Shown: piece after piece, positions 21,168 to 31,568 of the stretch
Layout of the letters: each line of letters begins with the position of its first letter
Position numbering within the stretch: position 1 is the first letter of the stretch
Assembly (NCBI GenBank): GCA_044228435.1
Contig: JBGAUW010000007.1
Coordinates: forward strand, 158,989 to 222,988
Origin: Chitinophagales bacterium
GTDB taxonomy: Bacteria > Bacteroidota > Bacteroidia > Chitinophagales > LD1
Direction of reading: 5' to 3'
Length of the DNA: 64,000 nt
The notes under the pieces: generated by a model
The model's database searches: none
Seen by the model: only the letters and a program-made list of their open reading frames with translations
What the model was told of the DNA's origin: nothing
Translations under genes and position numbers: made by a program

Positions 21168-21530
21168 ATGGCCAAGCACAACGAATTAGGCGCTAAAGGC
21201 GAAGATGCCGCCGTTGAGTTCTTGCAAACCGCAGGGCACCATATACTATTGCGCAATTATCGGCACGGTAAAGCCGAGGTAGATATTATAAGCACATGCG
21301 GAAAGTTTGTGGTATTTACCGAGGTAAAAACCCGTAGTACCAGTGCTTTTGGCCACCCCGAAGAGTTTGTAGATAAAAAGAAGCGGCGCCTTATTAAGAG
21401 CGCCGCTGAAGAATATTTATACCAGCAAAAGCTGGATAGTGAGATACGGTTTGATATTATATCGGTAAGCAATGAAAATGGCACCTTAAAAATCTACCAT
21501 ATAGAAGATGCCTTTTTTTACGAAGAGTAA
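21168..21530 (+). CDS. yraN: YraN family (UPF0102) protein
   Basis: LG..GE..A, EVDII, FTEVKTR and RFDII motifs. Confidence 0.9.
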   Translation: MAKHNELGAKGEDAAVEFLQTAGHHILLRNYRHGKAEVDIISTCGKFVVFTEVKTRSTSAFGHPEEFVDKKKRRLIKSAAEEYLYQQKLDSEIRFDIISVSNENGTLKIYHIEDAFFYEE

Positions 21531-21552
21531 GTTCTCCTCAACAAGCCAACTA

Positions 21553-22668
21553 TTACTTTAAATACTTAAAGTTAAAGTTAGGGTTAAGCTTAAGCAACGA
21601 TTCGTAAATAAGTTTAACTACGTTCTCCAAATCGTCAATCGAAACTAACTCAACCGTAGTGTGCATATAGCGCAATGGCAACGAAATTAGCGCCGAAGGT
21701 ATACCCCCTTTAGTGTAAGCAAAAGCATCCGTATCGGTACCGGTAGAACGCGAAGCCGCATCCATTTGGTAAGGTATTTTATTCGTTTTAGCAGTATCAA
21801 TTATAAAATCTAAAAGATTGTTATGTACTGCCGGTCCAACAGTTAGTACCGGCCCTTTACCAGATGCAAAATCGCCTTCTACTACCTTATCAATCATTGG
21901 CGTATTAGTATCGTGGCAAACGTCGGTAATAATAGCACAGTCCGGGTGAATGGTATCGGCAATCATTTCCGCACCGCGCAAACCTACTTCTTCCTGTACC
22001 GAGTTTACTATGTACAAGGCAAACGGCAATTTCTTTTTATTCTCTTTCAACAAACGGGCTACCTTGGCTATAATAAATCCACCGGCGCGGTTATCCAGCG
22101 CACGGCCACCAAAGTAACGGTCGTTTAATACAAAAAACTCATCCTGGTAGGTAATTACGCAGCCTACATGCACACCCAAATCATCCACCTCTTTTTTAGT
22201 AACGCAACCCAGGTCCAAAAATATGTTCTTTACTTCCGGGTGTTGTTCTTTTCCATCTTTACGGGTATGTATTGCCGGCCATCCGAAAACTGCAGGTATT
22301 TTTCTGCCATCGCGGGTGTGTATCCACACCTTTTTAGAGGGGGCAATTTGATGGTCGCTACCGCCATTACGCTTTACATAAATTAAACCCTCAGGGTTAA
22401 TGTAAGATACAAACCAGCTAATTTCATCGGCATGTGCCTCTATAGCTACTTTAAATTTGGCTGTAGGGTTAACCACGCCATAAACGGTACCATAGGTATC
22501 TACCTGGTGTGTGTCTATGGCCGGGCGAATGTAATTTAACCACAGTTTTTGCCCCTCTGCCTCAAAGCCGGTAGGCGATGCATTATTGATGTAAGCCTCG
22601 AAAAACTTACGGTCTTCATCGGTTAAAATGCTCTTTTTCTTGGGGGCAGATGTTTTTTTGGTGGCCAT
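21553..22668 (-). CDS. M42 family metallo-aminopeptidase
   Basis: EAHADEI, ALDNRAG, VQEEVG, TDVCH and RYMHT metal-ligand motifs. Confidence 0.92.
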   Translation of the reverse strand: MATKKTSAPKKKSILTDEDRKFFEAYINNASPTGFEAEGQKLWLNYIRPAIDTHQVDTYGTVYGVVNPTAKFKVAIEAHADEISWFVSYINPEGLIYVKRNGGSDHQIAPSKKVWIHTRDGRKIPAVFGWPAIHTRKDGKEQHPEVKNIFLDLGCVTKKEVDDLGVHVGCVITYQDEFFVLNDRYFGGRALDNRAGGFIIAKVARLLKENKKKLPFALYIVNSVQEEVGLRGAEMIADTIHPDCAIITDVCHDTNTPMIDKVVEGDFASGKGPVLTVGPAVHNNLLDFIIDTAKTNKIPYQMDAASRSTGTDTDAFAYTKGGIPSALISLPLRYMHTTVELVSIDDLENVVKLIYESLLKLNPNFNFKYLK

Positions 22669-22806
22669 GTTGCTGGTTTGTGATTATAATTTTAGACGAC
22701 AAGAATAGGTATTCTATTCTTAACCCAAAAGAAACATTCACAACTTAAAATCAGATATCCTTACCGGAAGGCCCGGTATAGCATAAATTTGTATTCTTGC
22801 AGATAT

Positions 22807-23361
22807 ATGCGCAACAGATTTAAAGGGTTTACACTCCTATTCATATTCGCTTTAAGCACCCAATCGTTTGGCGGGGTTAACCCGGCCGAGGTTTTTGCTC
22901 ACTTTGCGGCTGCTGTTAAAAACAAAGGTAAGGTCCAGTATTTTGCGGTGATAAAGGTAGCCGATTTAACCCAGGGTACCATGCGCGAGGTATGTGCACC
23001 CGGTAGTTTTATCCGCAGCGCTTTGCATAAGGAGTTAAAATACGATTACGATAACCAGTCGGTGGCTATGGTAGAACACATGGCCTTAATGAACCTGGAC
23101 CGTATTTTTGAATTTAAAAACCCCGAGGCCGTTAAACTTTTAGGCGGCGATTTGTATACCGAAGACGATGTGCTAAAACTGCAACAACAGGTAAACTTTG
23201 CCAGCCTGGCAAAAAATATCCGCCAATGGGGCACATGGAAGATGGAGTTTAAGGACGATGATAAACTTATGATGCTTTACGCCCACGCCCTTTTTAACCA
23301 GGGCATACTTACCGGTGAAGATAGCGAGAACCTGGGTACCTTATTGTACATAACTAAATAG
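22807..23361 (+). CDS. Hypothetical exported protein
   Basis: Signal-peptide-like N-terminus from the ATG at 22807 and host-like codon usage. No family recognised. Confidence 0.7.
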   Translation: MRNRFKGFTLLFIFALSTQSFGGVNPAEVFAHFAAAVKNKGKVQYFAVIKVADLTQGTMREVCAPGSFIRSALHKELKYDYDNQSVAMVEHMALMNLDRIFEFKNPEAVKLLGGDLYTEDDVLKLQQQVNFASLAKNIRQWGTWKMEFKDDDKLMMLYAHALFNQGILTGEDSENLGTLLYITK

Positions 23362-23364
23362 CAA

Positions 23365-23643
23365 ATGTCAGATTCAACTATTCCTGCCCGGGTTGGTGGA
23401 GATAAATTGCTTTGTTTTCAGTTTTTACCCAAAGCAACAGTAATCACCCGTGTTTCCGGCCCCTTAGAAATTAACCTGCTTGCTATTTGCAAATGTTCTG
23501 CGCAAGCGGGTTTTTATTTGTTTGGTTGCAATAATGGATGGCAAACCTATACTGATACATGGCATGAAGATATTGAGGACGCCAAAGAGCAAGCCACTTT
23601 TAAGTTTAATGCAAACTCAAAAGCCTGGATAGGTTTGGATTAG
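23365..23643 (+). CDS. Small hypothetical protein
   Basis: GFYLFGC...W..YTDTWH..IEDAKEQA looks like a conserved small-protein motif. Starts 3 bp after the previous stop. Confidence 0.6.
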   Translation: MSDSTIPARVGGDKLLCFQFLPKATVITRVSGPLEINLLAICKCSAQAGFYLFGCNNGWQTYTDTWHEDIEDAKEQATFKFNANSKAWIGLD

Positions 23644-23659
23644 TCTTAAAGAGTAGCAT

Positions 23660-23696
23660 AAAAAAACGGGCGGTTAACTTTCGCCAACCGCCCGTT
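23660..23696 (-). terminator. Rho-independent terminator of the 1002-aa gene
   Basis: Stem AACGGGCGGTT/AACCGCCCGTT with an A7 run on + (U-tract on -). Confidence 0.8.
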
Positions 23697-23719
23697 CAAT
23701 AAATTACTTATTACGTCAA

Positions 23720-26700
23720 TTAATTCTTATTGGTTTTACCGGTAAAGGCTTTATCGCCATCGGTAATTTTAAACATATACATACCGCTGTTAAGCGATGT
23801 ACCTAAAGTGTTTAATGAGTTGGCATTCAGTTGTTCTTTAAATACAACTTGTCCCGCAGTATTCAACAACTCAATAGCAGGGTTATTTAAGCGGGCAGCA
23901 GTTAAATCCACTACCAGGTTATTACCATTCCAGTAAGCCTTAATAAATTCGTTGCTCTTATCGTTTATCCCGTTAAACACGGTTACAAACACAACCACTT
24001 CCTGCGAGGTTACTACATCGTTAGCCGAATTTTTCGATTCGCACACAATGTAATAAGTACCCACGGTGTTAAATAACGGCGCATACGTGCTGCCTGTTTG
24101 GGTGGGAACAAAAGCTGTATAGCCCAGGCCCGAAACTTCAGAATATTTCCAAACACGGGTAGCTGTTTGCGACTCAGTAACTGTTATAGAGTTTCCGGCT
24201 ACAGTTTGCATAGTAGTTTGCGTATCGGTAGGTGCAATAGAGTTTGTAAATGGATTAACGGTTAGGTCGCTTCCGTTATCTGTGCCTATTACAGAAGGAT
24301 CGGTAGATACTACACGGATGCGGTAAGCGTTACCCCCGGGTGTGTTACCCGGTATTTGAGCGCTTATAGCACCAATAGTTACACCGTTAAGCGTACCTAT
24401 TTCTACAGGGTTGGCAAAGCTGCCGGTAAAATCGCTAAGCTGTGCTTTAAATACGTTGCCTGCGTTAAATACTACATCCGAGGTAAAGTTAACTGTTACA
24501 GCCGCTGTAAGGTTTGGCGAAACATCAAATGGCGAACCACTGATAGCCGAGGTTGTAATAGTGCTTCCGTTGGTAACTATTATCTCTGCTTCCTGGCTGG
24601 TAACTTCGTCGTTATACTGGTTTTTAGAAACCGCTACTACATAATAAGTGCCTGGTGTAGCAAAGTTAGGAGTGTATGAACTGCCTGTTTGGGCAGGTGC
24701 AAAACTAACATAGCCGCTACCGCTGGTAGTAGAATATTTCCACTCTTGTGTAGATGTTTGCGAAGCAAAAACTGCAATTGCAGTTCCATTTACCCCATGC
24801 ATTATAGTTTGAGTGGTAGTAGGTGCAATACTGTTATTAAACTGGTCTACAGTCAAGTCGGTGCCATTGTCGCTGCCTAATACAACCGGGTTAGTTGATA
24901 TTACGCGGATACGATAACCTGTACCTGCTAAAGTGCTGCTAGGTATGCTGGCTGTAAGCGTGCCTGAAGTTGTTGCGCTTATAGAGCCAATGTTGGTTGG
25001 CGAAGTAAATGAACCTGATGCATCTGATAGCTGAGCGGTAAATGTATTACCGCTGTTAAAGGTGCCGCTGGTAGTGTAAGGAACACTAACTGTGGCAGCA
25101 GGTGCACTTGGACTGAAAAGAAACGGAGAGCCTGCTACTGTTCCGGTTGTAAGAGTAGCATTACCTACCGATACAAGCACTTCGTTGCTGGTAACATCTA
25201 CTCCGCTAATAGTGCTTTTGCAAACCACATAGTAAGTGCCGGCGCTATTAAAGTTAGGGGTATAAGTAGTATTGCCCGTAGTACCTGCAATTACATTGGT
25301 GTATGGCCCGCCCGATACGGTTGAGTAAGACCATTCGCGCCACGTTCCGGCTGGTGTTTCGGTAACGGTAAGAGTAGTGCCGTTAACACCTACTAAAATA
25401 CTTTGCGAAGCGGTTGGTGCTATACTGTTTTGAACTACATTAACCACTACTTCGTTGCTGGTAACCGTAAGGCCACCGGCATAGGTAGAAACCAATACTA
25501 CATAATAAGTGCCTGCATTGGCAAAATTAGGAACATAAGTAGTGCCGGTTTGGGCCGTTGTAAAGCTTTGATAACCTGAGCCGCTGATAGTAGAAAACTT
25601 CCATTCGTGCGATACAGCTGCAGGGGTTTCTACAGCCGTTAAAGCTGCGCCATCGGTGCCCGCACCAATAGTTTGTGCGGTACCAGGTGTAATAGAATTG
25701 CTAACCAGGGTAATTGAAATATTGCTGGCATTATCCGAAGCAGTTAAAGTTGGCAGACTGGTTCTAACACGGATACGGTAACCGGTGCCAGTTGCAGTGC
25801 CTGCGGGAATAGTAGCGTTAATAGTTCCTGATGTTGTTGAAACTGCCGAACCAATAGTAACAGGCGAAGCAAATGAGCCGGAGGCATCAGATAGTTCTGC
25901 AGTTACAGTATTGCCCCCTGTAAAAGTTCCTGTTAAAGTATAAGGTACGCTTACAGTAGTTCCGCTTGTTGCGCTAACAAAGTAGCTAAGTGGGTTTATA
26001 ACGCCTGTAGCCACTGTAGGGTTGTAAATAGCTTCAAAATCATCCAACCACAGTGTGCTATTATTAGTTCCACCTGTTTGGTTGCCGCTACTGGTGGTAG
26101 TAATAAGTATGTATTTAGGGGTGCGGTTATCTACATATACAAAAGGCATCGAAACCCTTGTCCAGGTAGTAACATCGCTGCTGGGCGCATTAGGCCATTG
26201 TGCCCTGGCTATAATATTTACAGTGCTATCGGGGTGGTTGCTACCGTTTGGCGCCTCTGGTGCGTAAGCATAACCAACATGCAGCCTGGCTTCTACCCTT
26301 GGGTAGTCGGAGCTATACGAATCGTAGCGATACCAAAAAACCAAACTATCCGGGCGGCCGGTAAAGTTCATGGCGTAGTTAGGATCAGTAGGTATGGTTC
26401 TTATATAACCATCAGCTTTGCTGGTGGTAGGTGCTTCAATTTTACCGGTAGAAAGGCCACCGTTTACTACTACAATACCAAATGCCAAACCTGTTTTAAC
26501 TTTAGCACAGGCTAGCCCACTGTGTGGGTTGGTAGTTTCTTTAAAGCAAGTTTGTGGACCCGACGAAGCGTTACCACCTCCGGTTTTGTTACTATTCCAT
26601 TGGGTAGGCTCTTCCGTAGCGCCTCCCTCATTTTGCCAGCTCTCCATATCACCATTGGTAACAGTAGTCTGTGCCGATGCGCCCAACATTAGTAGTGCCG

Positions 26701-26728
26701 TAAACATCGTAAGTAGTTTCTTCTTCAT
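23720..26728 (-). CDS. T9SS type A CTD-secreted modular protein (N-terminal PCMD-like domain plus repeated Ig-like modules)
   Basis: Signal peptide; NGDMESW...RPDSLVFWYRY...LWLDD (PCMD-like); three GN.F.AQLSD..GSF..P..IG...YRIRV modules; C-terminal IELLN..GQ.V...SGMY.FKI CTD. Confidence 0.85.
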   Translation of the reverse strand: MKKKLLTMFTALLMLGASAQTTVTNGDMESWQNEGGATEEPTQWNSNKTGGGNASSGPQTCFKETTNPHSGLACAKVKTGLAFGIVVVNGGLSTGKIEAPTTSKADGYIRTIPTDPNYAMNFTGRPDSLVFWYRYDSYSSDYPRVEARLHVGYAYAPEAPNGSNHPDSTVNIIARAQWPNAPSSDVTTWTRVSMPFVYVDNRTPKYILITTTSSGNQTGGTNNSTLWLDDFEAIYNPTVATGVINPLSYFVSATSGTTVSVPYTLTGTFTGGNTVTAELSDASGSFASPVTIGSAVSTTSGTINATIPAGTATGTGYRIRVRTSLPTLTASDNASNISITLVSNSITPGTAQTIGAGTDGAALTAVETPAAVSHEWKFSTISGSGYQSFTTAQTGTTYVPNFANAGTYYVVLVSTYAGGLTVTSNEVVVNVVQNSIAPTASQSILVGVNGTTLTVTETPAGTWREWSYSTVSGGPYTNVIAGTTGNTTYTPNFNSAGTYYVVCKSTISGVDVTSNEVLVSVGNATLTTGTVAGSPFLFSPSAPAATVSVPYTTSGTFNSGNTFTAQLSDASGSFTSPTNIGSISATTSGTLTASIPSSTLAGTGYRIRVISTNPVVLGSDNGTDLTVDQFNNSIAPTTTQTIMHGVNGTAIAVFASQTSTQEWKYSTTSGSGYVSFAPAQTGSSYTPNFATPGTYYVVAVSKNQYNDEVTSQEAEIIVTNGSTITTSAISGSPFDVSPNLTAAVTVNFTSDVVFNAGNVFKAQLSDFTGSFANPVEIGTLNGVTIGAISAQIPGNTPGGNAYRIRVVSTDPSVIGTDNGSDLTVNPFTNSIAPTDTQTTMQTVAGNSITVTESQTATRVWKYSEVSGLGYTAFVPTQTGSTYAPLFNTVGTYYIVCESKNSANDVVTSQEVVVFVTVFNGINDKSNEFIKAYWNGNNLVVDLTAARLNNPAIELLNTAGQVVFKEQLNANSLNTLGTSLNSGMYMFKITDGDKAFTGKTNKN

Positions 26729-27017
26729 TATCGTTTTTTTGTTTCGGGGCGAAAAATACGCAAGTAAAGCAAAATGTCAAATCAACCATCCGCCTGCAAA
26801 GTGGATAACCTTGTATTTAACTCATTATCAATAAAATGCAAGCTTGCCTATTTTAGTTAAAACCTTACTGGATAGCAAATAAGCACTGTAAACAGAAACA
26901 GGTCTTAATCCCATAATTATTTCATGTTGAAGCTCTTCTTATTGCATTTCAAAAACTACACTCAACAATACAATCTAAACTTTAGTTAGCGCTATGCTTT
27001 TTCATTATCATTGTTTA

Positions 27018-27602
27018 ATGAAGACGCCTTTACTTACGCTAAGCCTGTTTGCTGCCTTGTTTGCAACAGGGCAAACCGATACCACAATATTTAATACTAT
27101 AAGAAAAATAGAGGCTAACGACTATGTTTTTAGCATACCCGATAAATGGACACCTCAATGGCAACAACCCAACGGACCGCAATTGCAGAAAATAGATTTT
27201 ACCGATGTTGCCCTACCGCATGTAGTAAACAACGCACCATTAACCGCAGTCTGCATTTTTCGAAAAATAGCCTGCGATAGTATTCGCGCGGCAGAAGCCT
27301 TTATTGTAACCGACTTTACCTCCTACCCTGACCGCATTACCCCGGCTGGTTATAATTACAGCACCGACACCCTTAAAATTGCCAGCGGAGAACAGGCTAT
27401 ACTTTACAGTACCCACTATTACCGCCGCAGCAAGGTTAGTAACTATACGCGCTACGATTTAATTGCCTATAGCGAAAAGCGCAAAGCTGCCTACGTTTTT
27501 ACTGTTACATTCCAATACAAGGACCCCACTTACCAGGTAGAGGCCGACTTGAAATTCAAACAATATATGCTGCGTATATTTAAAACCCTGGTACTGCGTT
27601 AA
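27018..27602 (+). CDS. Hypothetical exported protein
   Basis: Signal peptide from MKTPLL. The FSIPDKW motif hints at a PsbP/Mog1-like fold (weak). Confidence 0.7.
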   Translation: MKTPLLTLSLFAALFATGQTDTTIFNTIRKIEANDYVFSIPDKWTPQWQQPNGPQLQKIDFTDVALPHVVNNAPLTAVCIFRKIACDSIRAAEAFIVTDFTSYPDRITPAGYNYSTDTLKIASGEQAILYSTHYYRRSKVSNYTRYDLIAYSEKRKAAYVFTVTFQYKDPTYQVEADLKFKQYMLRIFKTLVLR

Positions 27603-27671
27603 GCCGTTGTTAAACAAACGTTTTGCATAAATTCTGCGTCTATTGCATATTATTATATTTGCCAACCTATT

Positions 27672-30407
27672 ATGAACCGATTATTACTTGTGTTTTTAGT
27701 TGCTTTTGTATCGCTAAGCGCTATGGCGCAAATGCGTGTTAAAAAGCCAAACTTTACTACCTTTCGTACCGACGAGCAAAAGCCGGTAGATGTATTAAAA
27801 ACGCTATCTTCTGCCGCGGCGCAGCAGCATCCCGAATTTGGCAAAACACCTTATAACGCACAATGCGTTAACTGTGTGGAGTTACTAGATGAACGAACTA
27901 TCGATTCGCGCCAGTTTATTGATGTGTACGACGACCACCACGTTTTCTCTCAAAAGTCACATTTCCCTTTGCACTATAAAAAGAGCGAGAAAGATATTTG
28001 GAGAACTATCGACCAGCGCCTGCGCCCTGCTGGGGCCGGCATTTACCAGGCTGCCGACCAACCGGTTCCTACTAAAATAGACCTGAATAAAAAAGCATCA
28101 TCCTTAACTGCAAAAGGTTTCGAGTTTGAGTTCAACAAAAATTTATCGATGTATTTTTTTGATGATAATACCCTTTACACCCAAACCCAACCGGCTAATT
28201 ATAGCCAATATACCGTAGGCGAAGAAGGTTTAAATGTAAAGAACATTTGGGCCGGTATTGATATGGAGCAAATTTTTACCATAGGCGAAATAAAAACCAA
28301 CTTTGTTATCAGTTCTCCCTTGCAGTTACCCATTAGCAAAGGCTGGATGGTAATTGAAGACCACTTCACCTTACCTGAAGGATATGTGTTTGAAGAATCA
28401 AAATTGGGCGACCATTTAGAGCAGGGTAAATATTTTAGAGGGGATTATTTTTTAAAGAACGCGGCCGGCGAAACTCTCATTGTTTACGAAAAGCCCGTTT
28501 ACCTGGACGCGAAGGCCTTTGGCATGCACGGCATTTACAAGCTACAGCGCAACGGTAACGATTACACGCTGCAAACCCTGGTGCCGGTAGAATGGCTAAA
28601 CAAGCCCGATAATACCTACCCTCTGTTAATAGACCCTAATGTATATGGAGTAACCAAAGTAGGCGATTTTACACAATCCGGTTTTGGCGGTGCTAATATG
28701 GGCTTCACTACCATGGCATTAGGCAGCTGCGATTACCACATGAGCGTTCAACTAACCGGTAAAAGCGAAATTATTAATACTTTGGTGGATGTAGAATACA
28801 GACTGACCTACGATAATGCCTGTGGCACTCCTCCCCTGCCTCCACCTTTCTGTACATTTAATATGGTTACTATGGAGGTTATAAGCGATGAGTGCAATAC
28901 CACTACCGGTTTACTAAGTTGCAACCCGGCGCAGCCCCCGTTTACCGGCACTTGTACTACCGATAGTAACTTAGTACCCGGTGCAAATGCTTTGCAGTTT
29001 GCAGGCCTGGTTCCAATTAGTTGCGTACCGCCACAGTGCCCCGACTATACGTTAAACTTTACCCTAAAAAATCGCGATTCGCAGTGCGGCGATGTTTGTG
29101 GTTACCTTTGTGCCAATGGTACTATGTGGCGAACCACAGTAGAAGCCTGCCTGGTGCGCGGCTACATAGTGCAGGATAAAACACAGGTTTGTGCAGGGCA
29201 ACCGGTAACTTTTACAGCCAAGCCAAGCTGTGGTGTTCCGCCTTATCACTACCAATGGGTGTATGGGGGTGGCGATTCGCTTAAAACTATTTACGGCACA
29301 CCCGATTTTGTATTATACCCCCAAAATAATGAAATAGTTAGCTGCATTATTTTTGATACTTGTGGCGTAACGGCGCCCACCAACGACCTTAACGTAACAG
29401 TAATTCCCGCACCACCAGCTGATGCCGGTTCTACCGTACCGGTTTGCGAAGGCGGACAAGTGCAAATAGGCGGTAATCCTACTACCGGCCCGGGCAATAC
29501 CATTAGCTGGAGTGGCGAAACACCGGCAGTAACTGGTTGGTTAAACAATACAAGTACTGCTAACCCGGTGGCTACAGTTCCCGCAGGAACAGTAGATACT
29601 GTGTTTTTTGTAGTGCGCACCGATAACGGCTCTTGTTTCAGAACCGATACCGTTAATGTTTTTTCGGTCGCTAACCCTGTTGCCGTAATTGATACCAATG
29701 GCTCTACCAGTGTATGTTCTAATCAAAACGTAAACATTACCACGGTTGGCACTTATAGCAGCTATTTATGGAGCACCGGCGCCACTGCCTCGTCCATCAA
29801 TGTAAGTAACCCCGGTAGTTATTTTGTAATAGTTACCGATGCCAACGGTTGCCGCGATACCAGTAACAGCATAACCATATCTTCTATAACCGTGCCTACG
29901 GTTAACGTGTTTTCGGATACCATGATTATTTACGGCGATAGTGTATTGTTATACACCGACCTTAACCTCAATTCAAGTATTGTTGATTCGTTTATGTGGG
30001 CTCCCTCGGTTAATATTTCGTGCACTACCTGCCCTACCCCCGTAGTATCGCCACCTAACGACCAATATTACAGCGTAGTGGTTCATGCCTCGGGTTGCAC
30101 CGTTAGCGATTCTGCCCTTATACGTGTTATACTTCCTAATAACTTCTTTATACCCAATGCGTTTTCACCAAATGGCGATGGCAACAACGATAACTTTTAC
30201 ATACAGGCGCAAACCGGCGTAAGGGTTGTGCTCTTCCAGGTGTTTAACCGTTTAGGCGAAAAAGTGCATGAGGGCAGTTTCCCATGGGATGGTACTTACA
30301 AAGGCAAATCGGCACCCGCGGGTGTGTATATTTATATGTTCAAACTGGGCTTGTTTGGCGAGGAGAATGCACTTTTCCGCAAAGGGTCAGTAACATTATT
30401 CAGGTAA
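27672..30407 (+). CDS. T9SS type B (gliding-motility-associated CTD) secreted protein
   Basis: Signal peptide, Cys-rich middle, Ig-like repeats and C-terminal IPNAFSPNGDGNND...WDGTYKG...GVYIY...KGSVTLFR. Confidence 0.9.
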   Translation: MNRLLLVFLVAFVSLSAMAQMRVKKPNFTTFRTDEQKPVDVLKTLSSAAAQQHPEFGKTPYNAQCVNCVELLDERTIDSRQFIDVYDDHHVFSQKSHFPLHYKKSEKDIWRTIDQRLRPAGAGIYQAADQPVPTKIDLNKKASSLTAKGFEFEFNKNLSMYFFDDNTLYTQTQPANYSQYTVGEEGLNVKNIWAGIDMEQIFTIGEIKTNFVISSPLQLPISKGWMVIEDHFTLPEGYVFEESKLGDHLEQGKYFRGDYFLKNAAGETLIVYEKPVYLDAKAFGMHGIYKLQRNGNDYTLQTLVPVEWLNKPDNTYPLLIDPNVYGVTKVGDFTQSGFGGANMGFTTMALGSCDYHMSVQLTGKSEIINTLVDVEYRLTYDNACGTPPLPPPFCTFNMVTMEVISDECNTTTGLLSCNPAQPPFTGTCTTDSNLVPGANALQFAGLVPISCVPPQCPDYTLNFTLKNRDSQCGDVCGYLCANGTMWRTTVEACLVRGYIVQDKTQVCAGQPVTFTAKPSCGVPPYHYQWVYGGGDSLKTIYGTPDFVLYPQNNEIVSCIIFDTCGVTAPTNDLNVTVIPAPPADAGSTVPVCEGGQVQIGGNPTTGPGNTISWSGETPAVTGWLNNTSTANPVATVPAGTVDTVFFVVRTDNGSCFRTDTVNVFSVANPVAVIDTNGSTSVCSNQNVNITTVGTYSSYLWSTGATASSINVSNPGSYFVIVTDANGCRDTSNSITISSITVPTVNVFSDTMIIYGDSVLLYTDLNLNSSIVDSFMWAPSVNISCTTCPTPVVSPPNDQYYSVVVHASGCTVSDSALIRVILPNNFFIPNAFSPNGDGNNDNFYIQAQTGVRVVLFQVFNRLGEKVHEGSFPWDGTYKGKSAPAGVYIYMFKLGLFGEENALFRKGSVTLFR

Positions 30408-30435
30408 GTAAACGCAAACCGATTTTATTTGCGGT

Positions 30436-31470
30436 ATGAATTTGTATCCCCTGCTTAAGTCGTTTCTGTTTCAGTTAGACCCTGAAGAAGCCCACCACTT
30501 TACTGTTCACAACCTTCATCTTGCCGGTAAATTACCGGGGCTGTTGGGTATGGTATCAGGCAAAGTAGAGCATCCCTCCCTTCACCGTAATTTATTCGGT
30601 ATCGACTTTCCTAACCCTGTGGGCCTTGCTGCCGGGCTGGATAAAAATGGTGATGTAATTGACGAGATGGGCCGCATGGGCTTTGGCTTTATCGAAATAG
30701 GCACAGTAACCCCTAAACCCCAACCCGGCAATGATAAGCCCCGTCTTTTTAGGCTGGTAAAAGATGAAGCCCTTATTAACCGAATGGGCTTTAATAACGT
30801 AGGCGCCGAAGTGGCCGCCGAAAAGCTAAAGCGACGAAAAACCGATATTATAGTAGGCGCCAACATTGGTAAAAACAAGATTACCAGCAATGAAGATGCG
30901 ATATGTGATTACGAATATTGCTTTAAAACCCTGCACGAGCATGCCCACTACTTTGTGGTAAATGTAAGTTCGCCCAACACGCCGGGCTTAAGAGCGTTGC
31001 AGGATAAAGATTCGCTTACCGCCATATTAAACTCGCTGCAGGATATAAACCTTAGCAAGCCTAAACAAAAGCCCATACTGCTTAAAATAGCCCCCGATTT
31101 AACCAACGAACAGTTAGATGATGTGGTTGCCGTGGTGCAACAAACAAAAATACAGGGCCTTGTAGCAACCAACACTACCATTAGCCGTGAAGGACTACAC
31201 TATACGGCCGCCGAAATAGAAAACTATGGTATGGGCGGCCTAAGCGGCAAGCCACTTACCAACCGCAGTACGGAGGTAATAAAATACATAACCGGTAAGT
31301 TTAAGGCTGGTTCGCCTAAATTTCCGGTAATAGGTGTAGGTGGTATAATGACTGCGCAGGATGCCCTGGAAAAATTTGAAGCCGGCAGCGACTTAATACA
31401 ACTGTATACCGGCTTTATCTACAAAGGCCCTCAGCTAATAGCCGATATAAATAAGGCACTGATAAAATAA
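30436..31470 (+). CDS. pyrD: Quinone-dependent dihydroorotate dehydrogenase (class 2)
   Basis: NPVGLAAGLDK, GTVTPKPQPGN, INRMGFNN, NVSSPNTPGLR and GGLSGKPL. Confidence 0.96.
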   Translation: MNLYPLLKSFLFQLDPEEAHHFTVHNLHLAGKLPGLLGMVSGKVEHPSLHRNLFGIDFPNPVGLAAGLDKNGDVIDEMGRMGFGFIEIGTVTPKPQPGNDKPRLFRLVKDEALINRMGFNNVGAEVAAEKLKRRKTDIIVGANIGKNKITSNEDAICDYEYCFKTLHEHAHYFVVNVSSPNTPGLRALQDKDSLTAILNSLQDINLSKPKQKPILLKIAPDLTNEQLDDVVAVVQQTKIQGLVATNTTISREGLHYTAAEIENYGMGGLSGKPLTNRSTEVIKYITGKFKAGSPKFPVIGVGGIMTAQDALEKFEAGSDLIQLYTGFIYKGPQLIADINKALIK

Positions 31471-31509
31471 CAGAACACTCCTTTTCACTTTTGTCGGCTA
31501 TAGCTAAAT

Positions 31510-31543
31510 AAAAAACCCGCACCACTTGCGTGATGCGGGTTTC
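31510..31543. terminator. Probably bidirectional terminator between convergent pyrD and rpsA
   Basis: Stem AAACCCGCA...TGCGGGTTT with an A-run on the left and a short T-run on the right. Confidence 0.75.
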
Positions 31544-31568
31544 GAAATTCTATAGAAACTAAGATTGA

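Noticed and set aside
21168-21530. YraN nuclease-fold gene as a defence or mobile-element component
   Set aside because: YraN is a widespread conserved gene and sits here among housekeeping genes with host-like codon usage.
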